Shown: positions 50,974-60,321 of the stretch, piece after piece
How the letters are laid out: every line of letters starts with the position of its first letter
How positions within the stretch are numbered: position 1 is the first letter of the stretch
The notes under the pieces: generated by a model
Database searches by the model: none
What the model was told of the DNA's origin: nothing
What the model saw: the letters and a program-made list of their open reading frames with translations, nothing else
NCBI GenBank assembly: GCA_009927165.1
Contig: RFNO01000113.1
Coordinates: 25,152 to 89,151 of the forward strand
DNA length: 64,000 bases
Origin: Pseudomonadota bacterium
GTDB lineage: Bacteria; Bdellovibrionota; FAC87; UBA2466
Reading direction: 5' to 3'
Program-made: the position numbers and the translations under genes

Positions 50974-52140
50974 TTAATTCTCAAAAATAAGTATTTTTAA
51001 ATAGTCACCTTCCTGAAATCCCACAGGATGATCATCTTCCGGTTGCAAGGTTTTAATCAGTTTTAAAGGCGGAGAAACAATCGGACAAACGGTCTCCTTG
51101 AATTTGGGTCGACTGATCCGAGAAGTACAGCAAGCAGCGACCAAAATCCCCCGGTCATTTAAATGTTTAAGGCTCAATGAATAAAGCTGTCGATAGGCAC
51201 GCAGAGCCACGGGAACTTGCGCAACCTGACTGGTCATTTGAGGAGGATCTACAATAATTAAATCAAACTTTTCTTTTTCCGGAAGACTTTTTAGCCACTC
51301 GAAAACATCAGCTACAACCGGTCGATGCTTTTTGATATTTAAGACATGAACTTTTTGAGCGGTTTCCAAGGCACCTTTTGAAATATCGACATTCCAAATC
51401 TCTTTAGCCCCTGCAACTTCCGCGGCCAATCCAAGCGTTCCTGTGTAACTAAATAAGTTGAGTACTCTTTTGCCATGTAGTTTTTGGGAACTGATCCACT
51501 TTCGCAGGGCCCTCAAATCTAAGAAAGCACCGCTCTTCTGACCAGAACCGATTTCTACTGTCAGATTCATTTTTCCTTCTCGAAAACATACTTTTGCCGG
51601 AAGATGCCCTCGTAGAACTCTAAGATCCTGAACTTTTGTTTTGGAAGCTCTTTTGGTGGGAATTTTCCAAATGAGATTTTCAAGCTGCAGCTTTTCAACT
51701 ATCAAGCTAGCTAAGTATCGCCCCAAGGAATCCACAGAAGCTGAATATGTTTGAAGCACTCCTGTTTTCCCATAAATATCAATGACCACTCCTGGAAAAC
51801 CATCGTTTTCTCCATGAACTGCCCGAAAAGCATCTGTGTAATTTCTTAAATGGGCTCTTTTTTCTAAGATCTGATCTAATCTTTTTGAAAACCAATTATT
51901 TTCGGGCGGATTCTTTCCCTCTTTGAGTATACGAATAGCAATCAGCCCATCGGGATCATAAAGTCCATAGCCCCATGTCTGGTTGTTAGCATCAACAAGT
52001 CGAAGTAGTTGGCCTGCTTCAAACACTTCGATGGCCGAACTAACGTGGCTTCGGAAAATCCAGGGATGGCCACTTTTGCAAATAGTGAGAATGTCTTTAT
52101 TCATCTGGTAGCGTTGAGCTACCCATGGTTTCGATTTCAT
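50974..52140 (-). CDS. rlmI: Class-I SAM-dependent rRNA methyltransferase (RlmI-like, PUA + MTase)
   Basis: 388 aa with an N-terminal PUA-like region, a SAM-binding motif (VLNLFSYTGTLG) and a DPPQ catalytic motif. Confidence 0.7.
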   Translation of the reverse strand: MKSKPWVAQRYQMNKDILTICKSGHPWIFRSHVSSAIEVFEAGQLLRLVDANNQTWGYGLYDPDGLIAIRILKEGKNPPENNWFSKRLDQILEKRAHLRNYTDAFRAVHGENDGFPGVVIDIYGKTGVLQTYSASVDSLGRYLASLIVEKLQLENLIWKIPTKRASKTKVQDLRVLRGHLPAKVCFREGKMNLTVEIGSGQKSGAFLDLRALRKWISSQKLHGKRVLNLFSYTGTLGLAAEVAGAKEIWNVDISKGALETAQKVHVLNIKKHRPVVADVFEWLKSLPEKEKFDLIIVDPPQMTSQVAQVPVALRAYRQLYSLSLKHLNDRGILVAACCTSRISRPKFKETVCPIVSPPLKLIKTLQPEDDHPVGFQEGDYLKILIFEN

Positions 52141-52164
52141 AAAAAGGGCTGAGTGTACTGCTTA

Positions 52165-53277
52165 TCAGCGACGTACTACTCTCCCCTGAAAGGTCGGCTT
52201 GGCTTGGCCTTTGTAACGCCCTTTGATTCGACTAATTTCAGCAATACGTTTTTCCGCTACTCGGTCAGCACAGCGATATTCGGGCAAATTTTCCTGGGCG
52301 GAGTGACCTAGGATGGCACCCATACAGTAATAAATATTCCGAATCATTCTGTTGGCGCGTCGTTCGTCATATCCCTCAAGTTCAATCGACACATTCATCA
52401 AGCCACCAGCGTTGATCGCATAATCAGGAGCGTACAAAATTTTTCTTTTAAATAACTCGTCACCACACTCGGGATTCGCAAGCTGGTTGTTGGCACTGCC
52501 TGCCACGATTTCACATTTTAATCGAGGGATTGTTTTTTCGTTAAGCACAGCTCCAAGGGCTGAAGGACAGAAAATATCCACGTCAAGATCGTATATTTCA
52601 TCAGGAGAAACGACTGACACTTTTCCCGAATGAGCTTCGGCGATTTGCTCGCATCTTTTACGATCAATATCACAAATGAAAACTTTCATCCCATTTGCTG
52701 CAAAAAGATCAACCAGATGCCGGCCCACATTTCCCGTACCTTGAACAGCTACACTCAGACCTTTAAGTTCAGATTTTTTTAGCCGATGCTCAACGCAGGC
52801 TCGGATTCCTTCAAGAACTCCTTTAGCCGTCCAAGGAGACGGATCCCCAGAGCCTCCGTGAGTTTCAGCAACTCCGACTACATTGTTGGTCTCCATAAAA
52901 ATGTATTCCATGTCGTTTACGTCGGTTCCCACGTCTTCAGCGGTAATGTAACGCCCTCCCAGACAGTCTACGAAGGAACCAAAACTTCTAAAAAGAGCTT
53001 CTGATTTATCTTTTTTGGGGTCTGCAATAATGACTGCTTTTCCGCCCCCCAAATTGAGACCGGCCACTGCAGCTTTGTAAGTCATGCCTTTCGACAACCT
53101 TAATACATCCTCAACGGCTTGTTCGGTGGAATCGTACTTCCACATCCGACATCCGCCTAAAGCAGGACCCAACTGAGTGTTGTGAATGGCTACGATAGAT
53201 TTGAGTCCACTGACGGGGTCTGTGAAAAAACAAACCTGTTCATGTTCACCTTGAAAAATGGTTTCCACATTTGCCAT
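52165..53277 (-). CDS. ldh: Leucine dehydrogenase (Leu/Phe/Val dehydrogenase subfamily)
   Basis: Near-canonical LeuDH blocks: LGPALGGCRMW, GLNLGGGKAVI, ITAEDVGT; 370 aa. Confidence 0.85.
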   Translation of the reverse strand: MANVETIFQGEHEQVCFFTDPVSGLKSIVAIHNTQLGPALGGCRMWKYDSTEQAVEDVLRLSKGMTYKAAVAGLNLGGGKAVIIADPKKDKSEALFRSFGSFVDCLGGRYITAEDVGTDVNDMEYIFMETNNVVGVAETHGGSGDPSPWTAKGVLEGIRACVEHRLKKSELKGLSVAVQGTGNVGRHLVDLFAANGMKVFICDIDRKRCEQIAEAHSGKVSVVSPDEIYDLDVDIFCPSALGAVLNEKTIPRLKCEIVAGSANNQLANPECGDELFKRKILYAPDYAINAGGLMNVSIELEGYDERRANRMIRNIYYCMGAILGHSAQENLPEYRCADRVAEKRIAEISRIKGRYKGQAKPTFQGRVVRR

Positions 53278-53436
53278 CTCGGACCTCCGAAAAACGCCTA
53301 CTCTACCAACTGGAGGGGCTCTGCATCAAGTTGAGTATCAACTTTGTTTTCATTTTGACGCGTAACGTTACCCAAAATAGGGGGTAAGCCAGCTGGTTTT
53401 CTTGAGTTCTGAGAGGGCCTTCACTAAGCTCTGCTC

Positions 53437-54969
53437 GTGAAAAAAAAACACCTTTACACTGCATCTGATCTTCCCCAAGAGCCTTTAAATGAACCGGGTC
53501 AATTTCCTTTCACTCGGGGTATTCACCCATCCATGTACACGCAAAAAGTATGGACCATGCGCCAGTACGCTGGCTTTGGCGACGCTGCGAGCTCGAACGC
53601 TCGTTATCGTTATTTGTTATCCCAGGGAATTACGGGGCTTAGCATTGCTTTCGATTTACCCACCCAAATGGGGTACGACTCCGATCATGAGCTTGCGCAA
53701 GGCGAAGTAGGCAGAGTTGGAGTTGCGATCAGCTCCCTCGAAGACATGGAAATCGTTCTTCATAAAATTCAACTGGATCAAGTCAGCACGTCTATGACGA
53801 TAAACGCGACAGCAGGAATTCTTCTAGCTTTTTATTTAGCGGTAGCAGAAAAGAATGGAGTCGAAAAAACAAAACTGCGCGGAACAATCCAAAATGACAT
53901 TTTAAAAGAGTATATTGCTCGTGGAACCTATATTTTTCCTCCCAAACCTAGTCTCAAATTAACTACGGATATTTTTGAGTTCTGTAAAACTCATGTCCCG
54001 GAATGGAACACTATTTCGATCAGCGGATATCACATTCGGGAAGCAGGAAGTACTGCAATTCAGGAAATTGCCTTTACATTGGCTGACGGTCTTACTTACG
54101 TAGAAGCAGCTTTGAATCGCGGACTCTCTATTGATGAATTTGCGCCTCGGCTTTCATTCTTTTTCAATGTACATAATGACTTTATCGAGGAGATCTCCAA
54201 GTTTAGAGCAGCCCGGAAATTGTGGGCTAAGCTGATAAAGGAACGCTATCAGCCTAAAAATCCCAAATCCCTACTTCTTCGATTCCATGCCCAAACTGCT
54301 GGAAGCACTCTAATCCCAGTTCAAGTGGACACTAACGTAGTTCGAGTAACCCTACAGTGCCTAGCCGCTGCTTTGGGAGGAGCTCAATCCATTCATACCA
54401 ATTCACGCGATGAAGCACTTGGTCTCCCCACCGAAGAAGCTGCAACTTTAGCTTTGAGAACTCAGCAAGTGATTGCTATGGAAAGTGGTATTTCCCAAAT
54501 TGTTGACCCGTTCGGTGGAAGTTACGCGATTGAATCTCTGACAGAACAGCTTGAGAAAGAAGCGAGTCAGCTTATCGACAAAATCGAGTCAAAAGGTGGC
54601 GTAACAACCTGTATTGAACAGCAGTTTCAACAGAACTTGATTCAGCAAGCTGCATACGATTACCAAATGGATATTGAAAACAAAAAGAGAATTGTGGTGG
54701 GGCTCAATTCTTTCACTGAAGGATCCACAACCCCCACTCCCATTCTCAAAATCGATCCTAAAGTTGAGAAAGAACAAAAAGTCAGATTAACTAAATTCAA
54801 ACAGAACCGCTGCTCAAAAGCAGTAAATGATGCCCGACAAACTATTTTGAAAGCTGCAAAAGAAGATTTGAATTTGATGCCTGCGATTTTTGCCGCAGTA
54901 AAATCGTCGGTGACTCTGGGCGAGATTGTTCACACTTTAGAAAGTGTTTACGGTCGGTATCGCCCTTAA
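53437..54969 (+). CDS. Methylmalonyl-CoA mutase-family catalytic (TIM-barrel) subunit with no fused B12-binding domain
   Basis: N-terminal FTRGIHPSMY...WTMRQYAGFG block is typical of MCM/ICM large subunits. At 510 aa there is no room for the C-terminal cobalamin (DxHxxG) domain. Confidence 0.8.
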   Translation: MKKKHLYTASDLPQEPLNEPGQFPFTRGIHPSMYTQKVWTMRQYAGFGDAASSNARYRYLLSQGITGLSIAFDLPTQMGYDSDHELAQGEVGRVGVAISSLEDMEIVLHKIQLDQVSTSMTINATAGILLAFYLAVAEKNGVEKTKLRGTIQNDILKEYIARGTYIFPPKPSLKLTTDIFEFCKTHVPEWNTISISGYHIREAGSTAIQEIAFTLADGLTYVEAALNRGLSIDEFAPRLSFFFNVHNDFIEEISKFRAARKLWAKLIKERYQPKNPKSLLLRFHAQTAGSTLIPVQVDTNVVRVTLQCLAAALGGAQSIHTNSRDEALGLPTEEAATLALRTQQVIAMESGISQIVDPFGGSYAIESLTEQLEKEASQLIDKIESKGGVTTCIEQQFQQNLIQQAAYDYQMDIENKKRIVVGLNSFTEGSTTPTPILKIDPKVEKEQKVRLTKFKQNRCSKAVNDARQTILKAAKEDLNLMPAIFAAVKSSVTLGEIVHTLESVYGRYRP

Positions 54970-56523
54970 TTAGAACAATGAACCCTCAGTGAGTTGGGAA
55001 AATCCTTTTCGCAACAAAAATAAAGCCGCACCACCCACTACTAAAGTAGTGAGCAAAATATCTCCCAATGCGGATAAACGACTCGATTGATAAATACCTA
55101 TTTTAGAAATTCCATATGCCATAGCTCCCAACAATACCAAAGCACCAGTCCAGGCAATTCCAAACTTTATTACTGGTCGAAAAGAAATTTCAGAGGAATA
55201 TTTCTTAACGTGATGCTTGAGCAAAACTCCCAAAAAAATACTGTAACAGGCAATTCCTAGCGAACCCGAAATAGCCAATCCTCGAACTCCCCATTTCTGT
55301 GAAAGAACAAAATACAAAGGAACAAATACAATTGTCAGAAGGGTACCGAACAGGGAGGGAAGCCAGGTCGTCTGGGTAGCATAAAAACCGCGGGACAATA
55401 GAATCTGCATAATCCAAAACACTAATCCTAAGCCCATCAGCTGAAGTAGCTGAGCAGTTTCCATCAGATCGCTCTGGCTGAGTTTGCCTCCGCCGTAAAT
55501 AAAATGGGTAATGGGTAAAGCATGAGTAAATAAAAGAAGAGCTGCCAAAGGGCCCAGTGCCCATATTTTTTGAATCTCTTGTACAAGCGTTTTTCCAAAA
55601 TTTTTATACTGTTGCTGTGCCCACAATCTCGACAAATGGGGATAACTAGCTATCCCAGCCGCTTGCCCAATTACAGCAATCGGGATTCTCAATTCAGTTC
55701 TTGCATAGCTCAACCTGCTCACGGCTCCCTCGCCCAAGTAACTGGCTAGATATTTAGAAATCCATTCATCAGCAACTACCAGAGAAAACGCGAACATGAT
55801 AGGAACACTCATCCAAAGATATTTTTTGAATGCGTGAAGTGTTTCCGATTCCAATTTGAATGACGGCAGTATGGAATATCCAAGTTTATGAAGTCCCCAC
55901 CACTGTAAAAACCCATAGCCTAAAATGGCCCCGACAAGAACTCCCAAACTGAAAGCAGCAACTCCTAATTGGGAGTAAAAAGAAACCCCAAATAAAATGA
56001 TGCATAAATTATAAAGAATGGGAGCTACAGCGGAATAAACAAATTTCCCATGAGTTTGTTGGACCCCATTGGCTAATCCTCCCCAAAAAAAGAAGAATTG
56101 AGCGGGGACAATAATTCGAAGAAGAAGCGCAAGAGAATTAAGCTGTTCTGTGGAGAAACCCGGCGCAACCCATTTTGCTAAGGTATCGGATTGTAACTGA
56201 CAAAACAAAATAAGTACGAGCATCAAAAAACATAAATAAGTAGAAATAGTCCGATAAATTTTTTTGCCGATTTCCGCTTTCTCACTTCCAACATAAGCTG
56301 ATAAAACGGGAATCAGCGAAACATTCAGTGCCCCAGCCGCCATTAAATAGTTTAAAAAATCAGGAACTGTAAACGAGGCTAAATAGACGTCTGAAACTCC
56401 ACTCGCTCCTACTGTTTGCGCCAGAATCCACTCGCGCAAAAAACCTAGAATTCGCGATAAAAAAATACTCGCCACTAACATTAGACTGGCTGTCTTGATA
56501 TTTTTTTTGATGTCTTGAGTCAA
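54970..56523 (-). CDS. murJ: Lipid II flippase MurJ (MviN)
   Basis: 14-TM MOP-superfamily protein with a MurJ N-terminal signature (SRILGFLRE...VSDVY..F.VPDFL). Confidence 0.85.
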   Translation of the reverse strand: MTQDIKKNIKTASLMLVASIFLSRILGFLREWILAQTVGASGVSDVYLASFTVPDFLNYLMAAGALNVSLIPVLSAYVGSEKAEIGKKIYRTISTYLCFLMLVLILFCQLQSDTLAKWVAPGFSTEQLNSLALLLRIIVPAQFFFFWGGLANGVQQTHGKFVYSAVAPILYNLCIILFGVSFYSQLGVAAFSLGVLVGAILGYGFLQWWGLHKLGYSILPSFKLESETLHAFKKYLWMSVPIMFAFSLVVADEWISKYLASYLGEGAVSRLSYARTELRIPIAVIGQAAGIASYPHLSRLWAQQQYKNFGKTLVQEIQKIWALGPLAALLLFTHALPITHFIYGGGKLSQSDLMETAQLLQLMGLGLVFWIMQILLSRGFYATQTTWLPSLFGTLLTIVFVPLYFVLSQKWGVRGLAISGSLGIACYSIFLGVLLKHHVKKYSSEISFRPVIKFGIAWTGALVLLGAMAYGISKIGIYQSSRLSALGDILLTTLVVGGAALFLLRKGFSQLTEGSLF

Positions 56524-56688
56524 ATGTCTACGTGCACCAAAGATGAAACCGAAAAAGTTTTGTAAAAACTCAGTTAAGTTCCTATTTTAGCTGTCGTAGG
56601 ATTCGGTTCGAAACAAAAAAACAGTGACGCGGCCAGACAAGCTTTTCCTGAGTGAATCTCTCGCCTTAATTTACCGAAAAGAATTCTG

Positions 56689-58209
56689 ATGAAATATAAG
56701 TCACATCCAGCTCCTCAACTCGTTGTGATAGAAGGAAACGAGAAGGGGAAAGTGTTTACTTTAAAACATGGCACTTTGATTTTGGGACGCTCCAAATCCG
56801 ACCTTGTCATCGCCGACCCTCGGATTTCTCGTGAACATGTAAAGCTGGAATTTAACGAAGAAAACGGAAAACTCTTTTTCACCGATCTCAATAGCTTAAA
56901 CGGCACACAACTCAATGGAACCACTGTGGCTCACGGTGAACTGAAAGACGGAGATAAGCTTCAGGTCGGAAATACGGTTGTAGATTGTCAGATGGCGCTC
57001 TTGCCAGAGTCCACGGAAGAATTACGAAAAGAACCGGTTCTCAAAACTCAAGAAGCAGAAGTTTTTTCTTCGCAAGCTCCTGCTTCAGACAAGCCCACTC
57101 AACTCGGAGAAAAACCCGTTGAGCCTAATCAAACTACCGCATTTCCGGTCCCTAAAGCTAGGCCACATCTCCGGCTTGCTTCTCGCACAGCCGTTTTATC
57201 GCTACTTTTTTTGGTTATGCTAGTTCTCTTCTGGGGCAAAGACCAAAACTCCAGCAAGTCGCGTGATCTTTCTACAGCAAATTTAGATTCTGACATTACT
57301 CAGATTCGCCAAATGCTCAGTAAAGGGGAAAATAATCAGGCTCTACAAAAAGCACTAGGCCTATCTGTTCAAAATCCAAGGCACTCAGAGCTTGAAGAAG
57401 TGGTGGGCGATATTTATGTTTCCATACAGAAGTTGGAAGCTGCTATAGGAAGTTACAAAGCCTCTATTGAACACGGTTCTCAATCTAGATTAGTCCACTT
57501 TAAATTAACAAAAGCTTATCTCAAAGTGGGGCTAGTGGTGCCTGCCCAAGAGGAAATAAGATCCATCGACGATCTGATTAGAAAGAATTCATCAGACAAG
57601 GACCTCTTTATTGAATTTGCCAATCTGCTGCTCACTTATCCAGAGCTAAATCAATCACCAGAGAGAGCTGAAATTATTGCAAGAGCTTTACAAAAAGAAA
57701 TTGCTCCCAAAAGCACTATCGGCTATCGATTAGAAGCATCTTCACTAATTAATCAGAAAAAAATGGAAGAGGCTGTTTCTGTTTATGAAAAGGCTTTGAT
57801 ATTAGTGCCGAATGATCAGGACACTCTGGAAAATCTAACTTTAGCTAAGTTAAATCTTCAGGATTTAAAAGGAGCGATGGAAGTCATCGACGTTTGGCTT
57901 AAAGCCAATCCACATGAAGCCAAAGCCCTTCTAGCCGCGGCATACTTAAAATTCTACGAGCGTGATTATTTAGGTGCCATTCCTCATCTACAGGAGGTAC
58001 TTACTCTTCTCTCAAAGGAGCCCACTGCCCCTAAAAGACTAGAAGCTCTTCATTTGATGGGCCTTGTATTTTGGGAACAAGGTCAAAGAACTGAAGCCGA
58101 ATCTTACCTTTTAGATGCTTGCAAACTCGGATTTGAACAAAGTTGCCGACATCAATTGATACTCACGAGAGAGAAGCCAGTTAATACAGACGAACCCAAA
58201 CCCCATTAA
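56689..58209 (+). CDS. FHA domain - single TM - TPR-repeat protein
   Basis: N-terminal FHA (LILGRSKSDLVIADPRISREHVKL...NSLNGTQLNG), a hydrophobic helix around residue 165-185, and C-terminal TPR-like helical repeats. Confidence 0.7.
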   Translation: MKYKSHPAPQLVVIEGNEKGKVFTLKHGTLILGRSKSDLVIADPRISREHVKLEFNEENGKLFFTDLNSLNGTQLNGTTVAHGELKDGDKLQVGNTVVDCQMALLPESTEELRKEPVLKTQEAEVFSSQAPASDKPTQLGEKPVEPNQTTAFPVPKARPHLRLASRTAVLSLLFLVMLVLFWGKDQNSSKSRDLSTANLDSDITQIRQMLSKGENNQALQKALGLSVQNPRHSELEEVVGDIYVSIQKLEAAIGSYKASIEHGSQSRLVHFKLTKAYLKVGLVVPAQEEIRSIDDLIRKNSSDKDLFIEFANLLLTYPELNQSPERAEIIARALQKEIAPKSTIGYRLEASSLINQKKMEEAVSVYEKALILVPNDQDTLENLTLAKLNLQDLKGAMEVIDVWLKANPHEAKALLAAAYLKFYERDYLGAIPHLQEVLTLLSKEPTAPKRLEALHLMGLVFWEQGQRTEAESYLLDACKLGFEQSCRHQLILTREKPVNTDEPKPH

Positions 58210-58219
58210 GCAGTGATCG

Positions 58220-58999
58220 TTAAATTGAAACGGCGTTAACCATCAAATCAGCCATAATCGGTAAATGATCGGATAATACAGCCCACTTTTTTCCCTGGAG
58301 ACAGGATGCTGATTTCATAGTGGCATGTCGAAAATAAATTCTATCTAGCTGTAAAATGGGAAGACGACTGGGAAAAGTTCTCGCATGATTATTTTTTAAA
58401 CTAACGAAAGCTTCATCTACTTTTAGCCGTTTGGTCAGCTCATGAGTGACCCGTTGTCTCCAATCATTAAAGTCCCCAGCAATTAAAAGAGGACAAGAGG
58501 GATCAATCGTTTTTTCAACATAATTCACTAATTCTTCGGTTTGCTTTCTTCTCTCGAATTGAAATAGTCCCAAGTGAGCATTCAGGGCATGAACAACGAA
58601 ATCACTTTTGTTTTTTTCTCCAGGGATGTGAATGACCCCATGGAGAACCCCCCTTTTTTTTAGTTTTCCGATAGTAATATCTTTCAAAGTAAAACCTGAA
58701 ATCGGATAACGACTCATAATGGCGTTGCCATGATGGTGCATGCTGAAAATCACATTTTTTTGATAAGCGAAATGGGGCCACATTTCATCCGCTAACCCCT
58801 CTAACTGATGAGCAACTTTTTCTGGCCAGAGCCGACTGCTTTTTTCTAAGGAACTCCCAGCAACTTCTTGCAAAAAAACAATATCAGGCTGCAGGGATTG
58901 AAGTGCTTCTTTGAGGATTGTAAGACTTAAACGATTTCTTCTTACTGTTATTCCTTGATGAATATTGTAAGACAAAACTCTCAGGGAGAACTTTTTCAT
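58220..58999 (-). CDS. Endonuclease/exonuclease/phosphatase (EEP) family protein
   Basis: 259 aa with the EEP pattern: N-terminal SYNIH, FLQEV, and C-terminal SDHLPI. Confidence 0.7.
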   Translation of the reverse strand: MKKFSLRVLSYNIHQGITVRRNRLSLTILKEALQSLQPDIVFLQEVAGSSLEKSSRLWPEKVAHQLEGLADEMWPHFAYQKNVIFSMHHHGNAIMSRYPISGFTLKDITIGKLKKRGVLHGVIHIPGEKNKSDFVVHALNAHLGLFQFERRKQTEELVNYVEKTIDPSCPLLIAGDFNDWRQRVTHELTKRLKVDEAFVSLKNNHARTFPSRLPILQLDRIYFRHATMKSASCLQGKKWAVLSDHLPIMADLMVNAVSI

Positions 59000-59043
59000 T
59001 CTTTTTTATCTTACTGTCCGAAACTCCATTGAAACAAGCTGCA

Positions 59044-59080
59044 ATAAAAAAGGCCCATTCTTTTTCAGGAAATGGGCCTT
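59044..59080 (-). terminator. Rho-independent (potentially bidirectional) terminator downstream of the 59098-60015 gene
   Basis: AGGCCCATT / AATGGGCCT 9-bp stem flanked by A-run and T-run. The minus strand reads stem then TTTTTTT. Confidence 0.5.
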
Positions 59081-59097
59081 TAAGACTCTTTTTTGTA

Positions 59098-60015
59098 TCA
59101 TCCGCCTGTGTTGCAGTTCACCATACCACCCGAGCAATCACAGTTTAGCTTTTTGATGTCCTCTGCGGAAAGTCCACGGTCTTTATAAAGTTTGTTTAGA
59201 GCTGCCTCTCCGGCTTCCTGCGCTTGAGCTAAACTTTTTCCCTTGCCGAGAGTTTGATTAAACGCTGTAGCAAAGACACTAGCTTGAGTTGCTCTACCTT
59301 CGAGCATAATTTTCCCTGTCTCAGGATCGTTTTTGAAAGCATTCAGGACTTGCTCCATTTCTACTTTTAAAGAGTCCGGATTTTGGCGGAAAGCTACCAG
59401 CATGTTAGCAATAAAATCGGCTTCTTTGATCCCAGATGCTTTTAATGCTTCCTTTACTTGTTTATCATTCAGAACGGTTTTTACGAAATTTTGAATTTTT
59501 TCAAAAACCTCGGCATCTAAAACTTTTGTGGAGCCCAACTCTTGTTGTTTCATGAGAAGCGCGATTGCCTGTTCAATTTTGGAACGAGTCGCTTCGTCGA
59601 CTTTAATCCCATTTGCCTCAAGCTCATTAGTCACTGTTTTCATCAGCTCAACGACTTTAGTGGAATGAGCATCTCCGGCTGCCGCGACTTGTTTTAATCG
59701 TTCGACTTCGCCCTTAAGGCCATCAGGGAAGGATACTTCTCTCTCTTTGGCTTTTTGCTGATAATCCACTGGGATTTTTCCAAAAAGAGAATCCACTGGA
59801 CGGTTCTTGGTGCCTTGAGAGCTTGAGGGAGCTGATGACGCGTGGGGGGTCTTTTCAGGTGAAGCAGCTTTTGGTTTTACTGCTGGGGCAGGAGCAACAG
59901 TTTTAGGAGCATGCGCTTTAGGAGTTTTGCTTTTCGTGTTCACTCCGGCAGAAAACGCCAAAGAAGGAAGCACTACGCAAACAACTAAAGATCGACTGAA
60001 AAGAGTTCTAACCAT
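59098..60015 (-). CDS. Secreted hypothetical protein with Ala/Pro/Lys-rich N-terminal region and C-terminal Cys motif (CDCSGGMVNCNTGG)
   Basis: Signal peptide, a low-complexity PKAxAPK region, a helical domain and a terminal CxC-x6-C. Confidence 0.4.
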   Translation of the reverse strand: MVRTLFSRSLVVCVVLPSLAFSAGVNTKSKTPKAHAPKTVAPAPAVKPKAASPEKTPHASSAPSSSQGTKNRPVDSLFGKIPVDYQQKAKEREVSFPDGLKGEVERLKQVAAAGDAHSTKVVELMKTVTNELEANGIKVDEATRSKIEQAIALLMKQQELGSTKVLDAEVFEKIQNFVKTVLNDKQVKEALKASGIKEADFIANMLVAFRQNPDSLKVEMEQVLNAFKNDPETGKIMLEGRATQASVFATAFNQTLGKGKSLAQAQEAGEAALNKLYKDRGLSAEDIKKLNCDCSGGMVNCNTGG

Positions 60016-60321
60016 GATTGGGGCCCTTTTTGATTGAGTTTGAAAAAGTATTTAATCATTTTACCCAATCACTTCTCAAATTTCTTTACCTTTCTACTCG
60101 TCCCTTCGCTCCAGCCCATTCATAACTGTTTTCGAGAGGGGGCTTAAACTTTAGACAGTTGTTTACGGTTTGGGTTTCCGTATTGCACACGCTGCGACAC
60201 CCTTTTAAGCCGTTAAAGCCAACGATTTAAATACTTGTTTTTATTGTACTTTTCATCATCAAAAATGGGGGGATCGGCACAGTTGATGCAGCTTAGGTAG
60301 GAGGAACTTTAAACCGAAAAA

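Noticed and set aside
53278-53436. Possible cobalamin riboswitch upstream of the mutase-like gene
   Set aside because: No B12-box (GCCACTG-like) or other recognisable riboswitch core seen in this 159-nt region.
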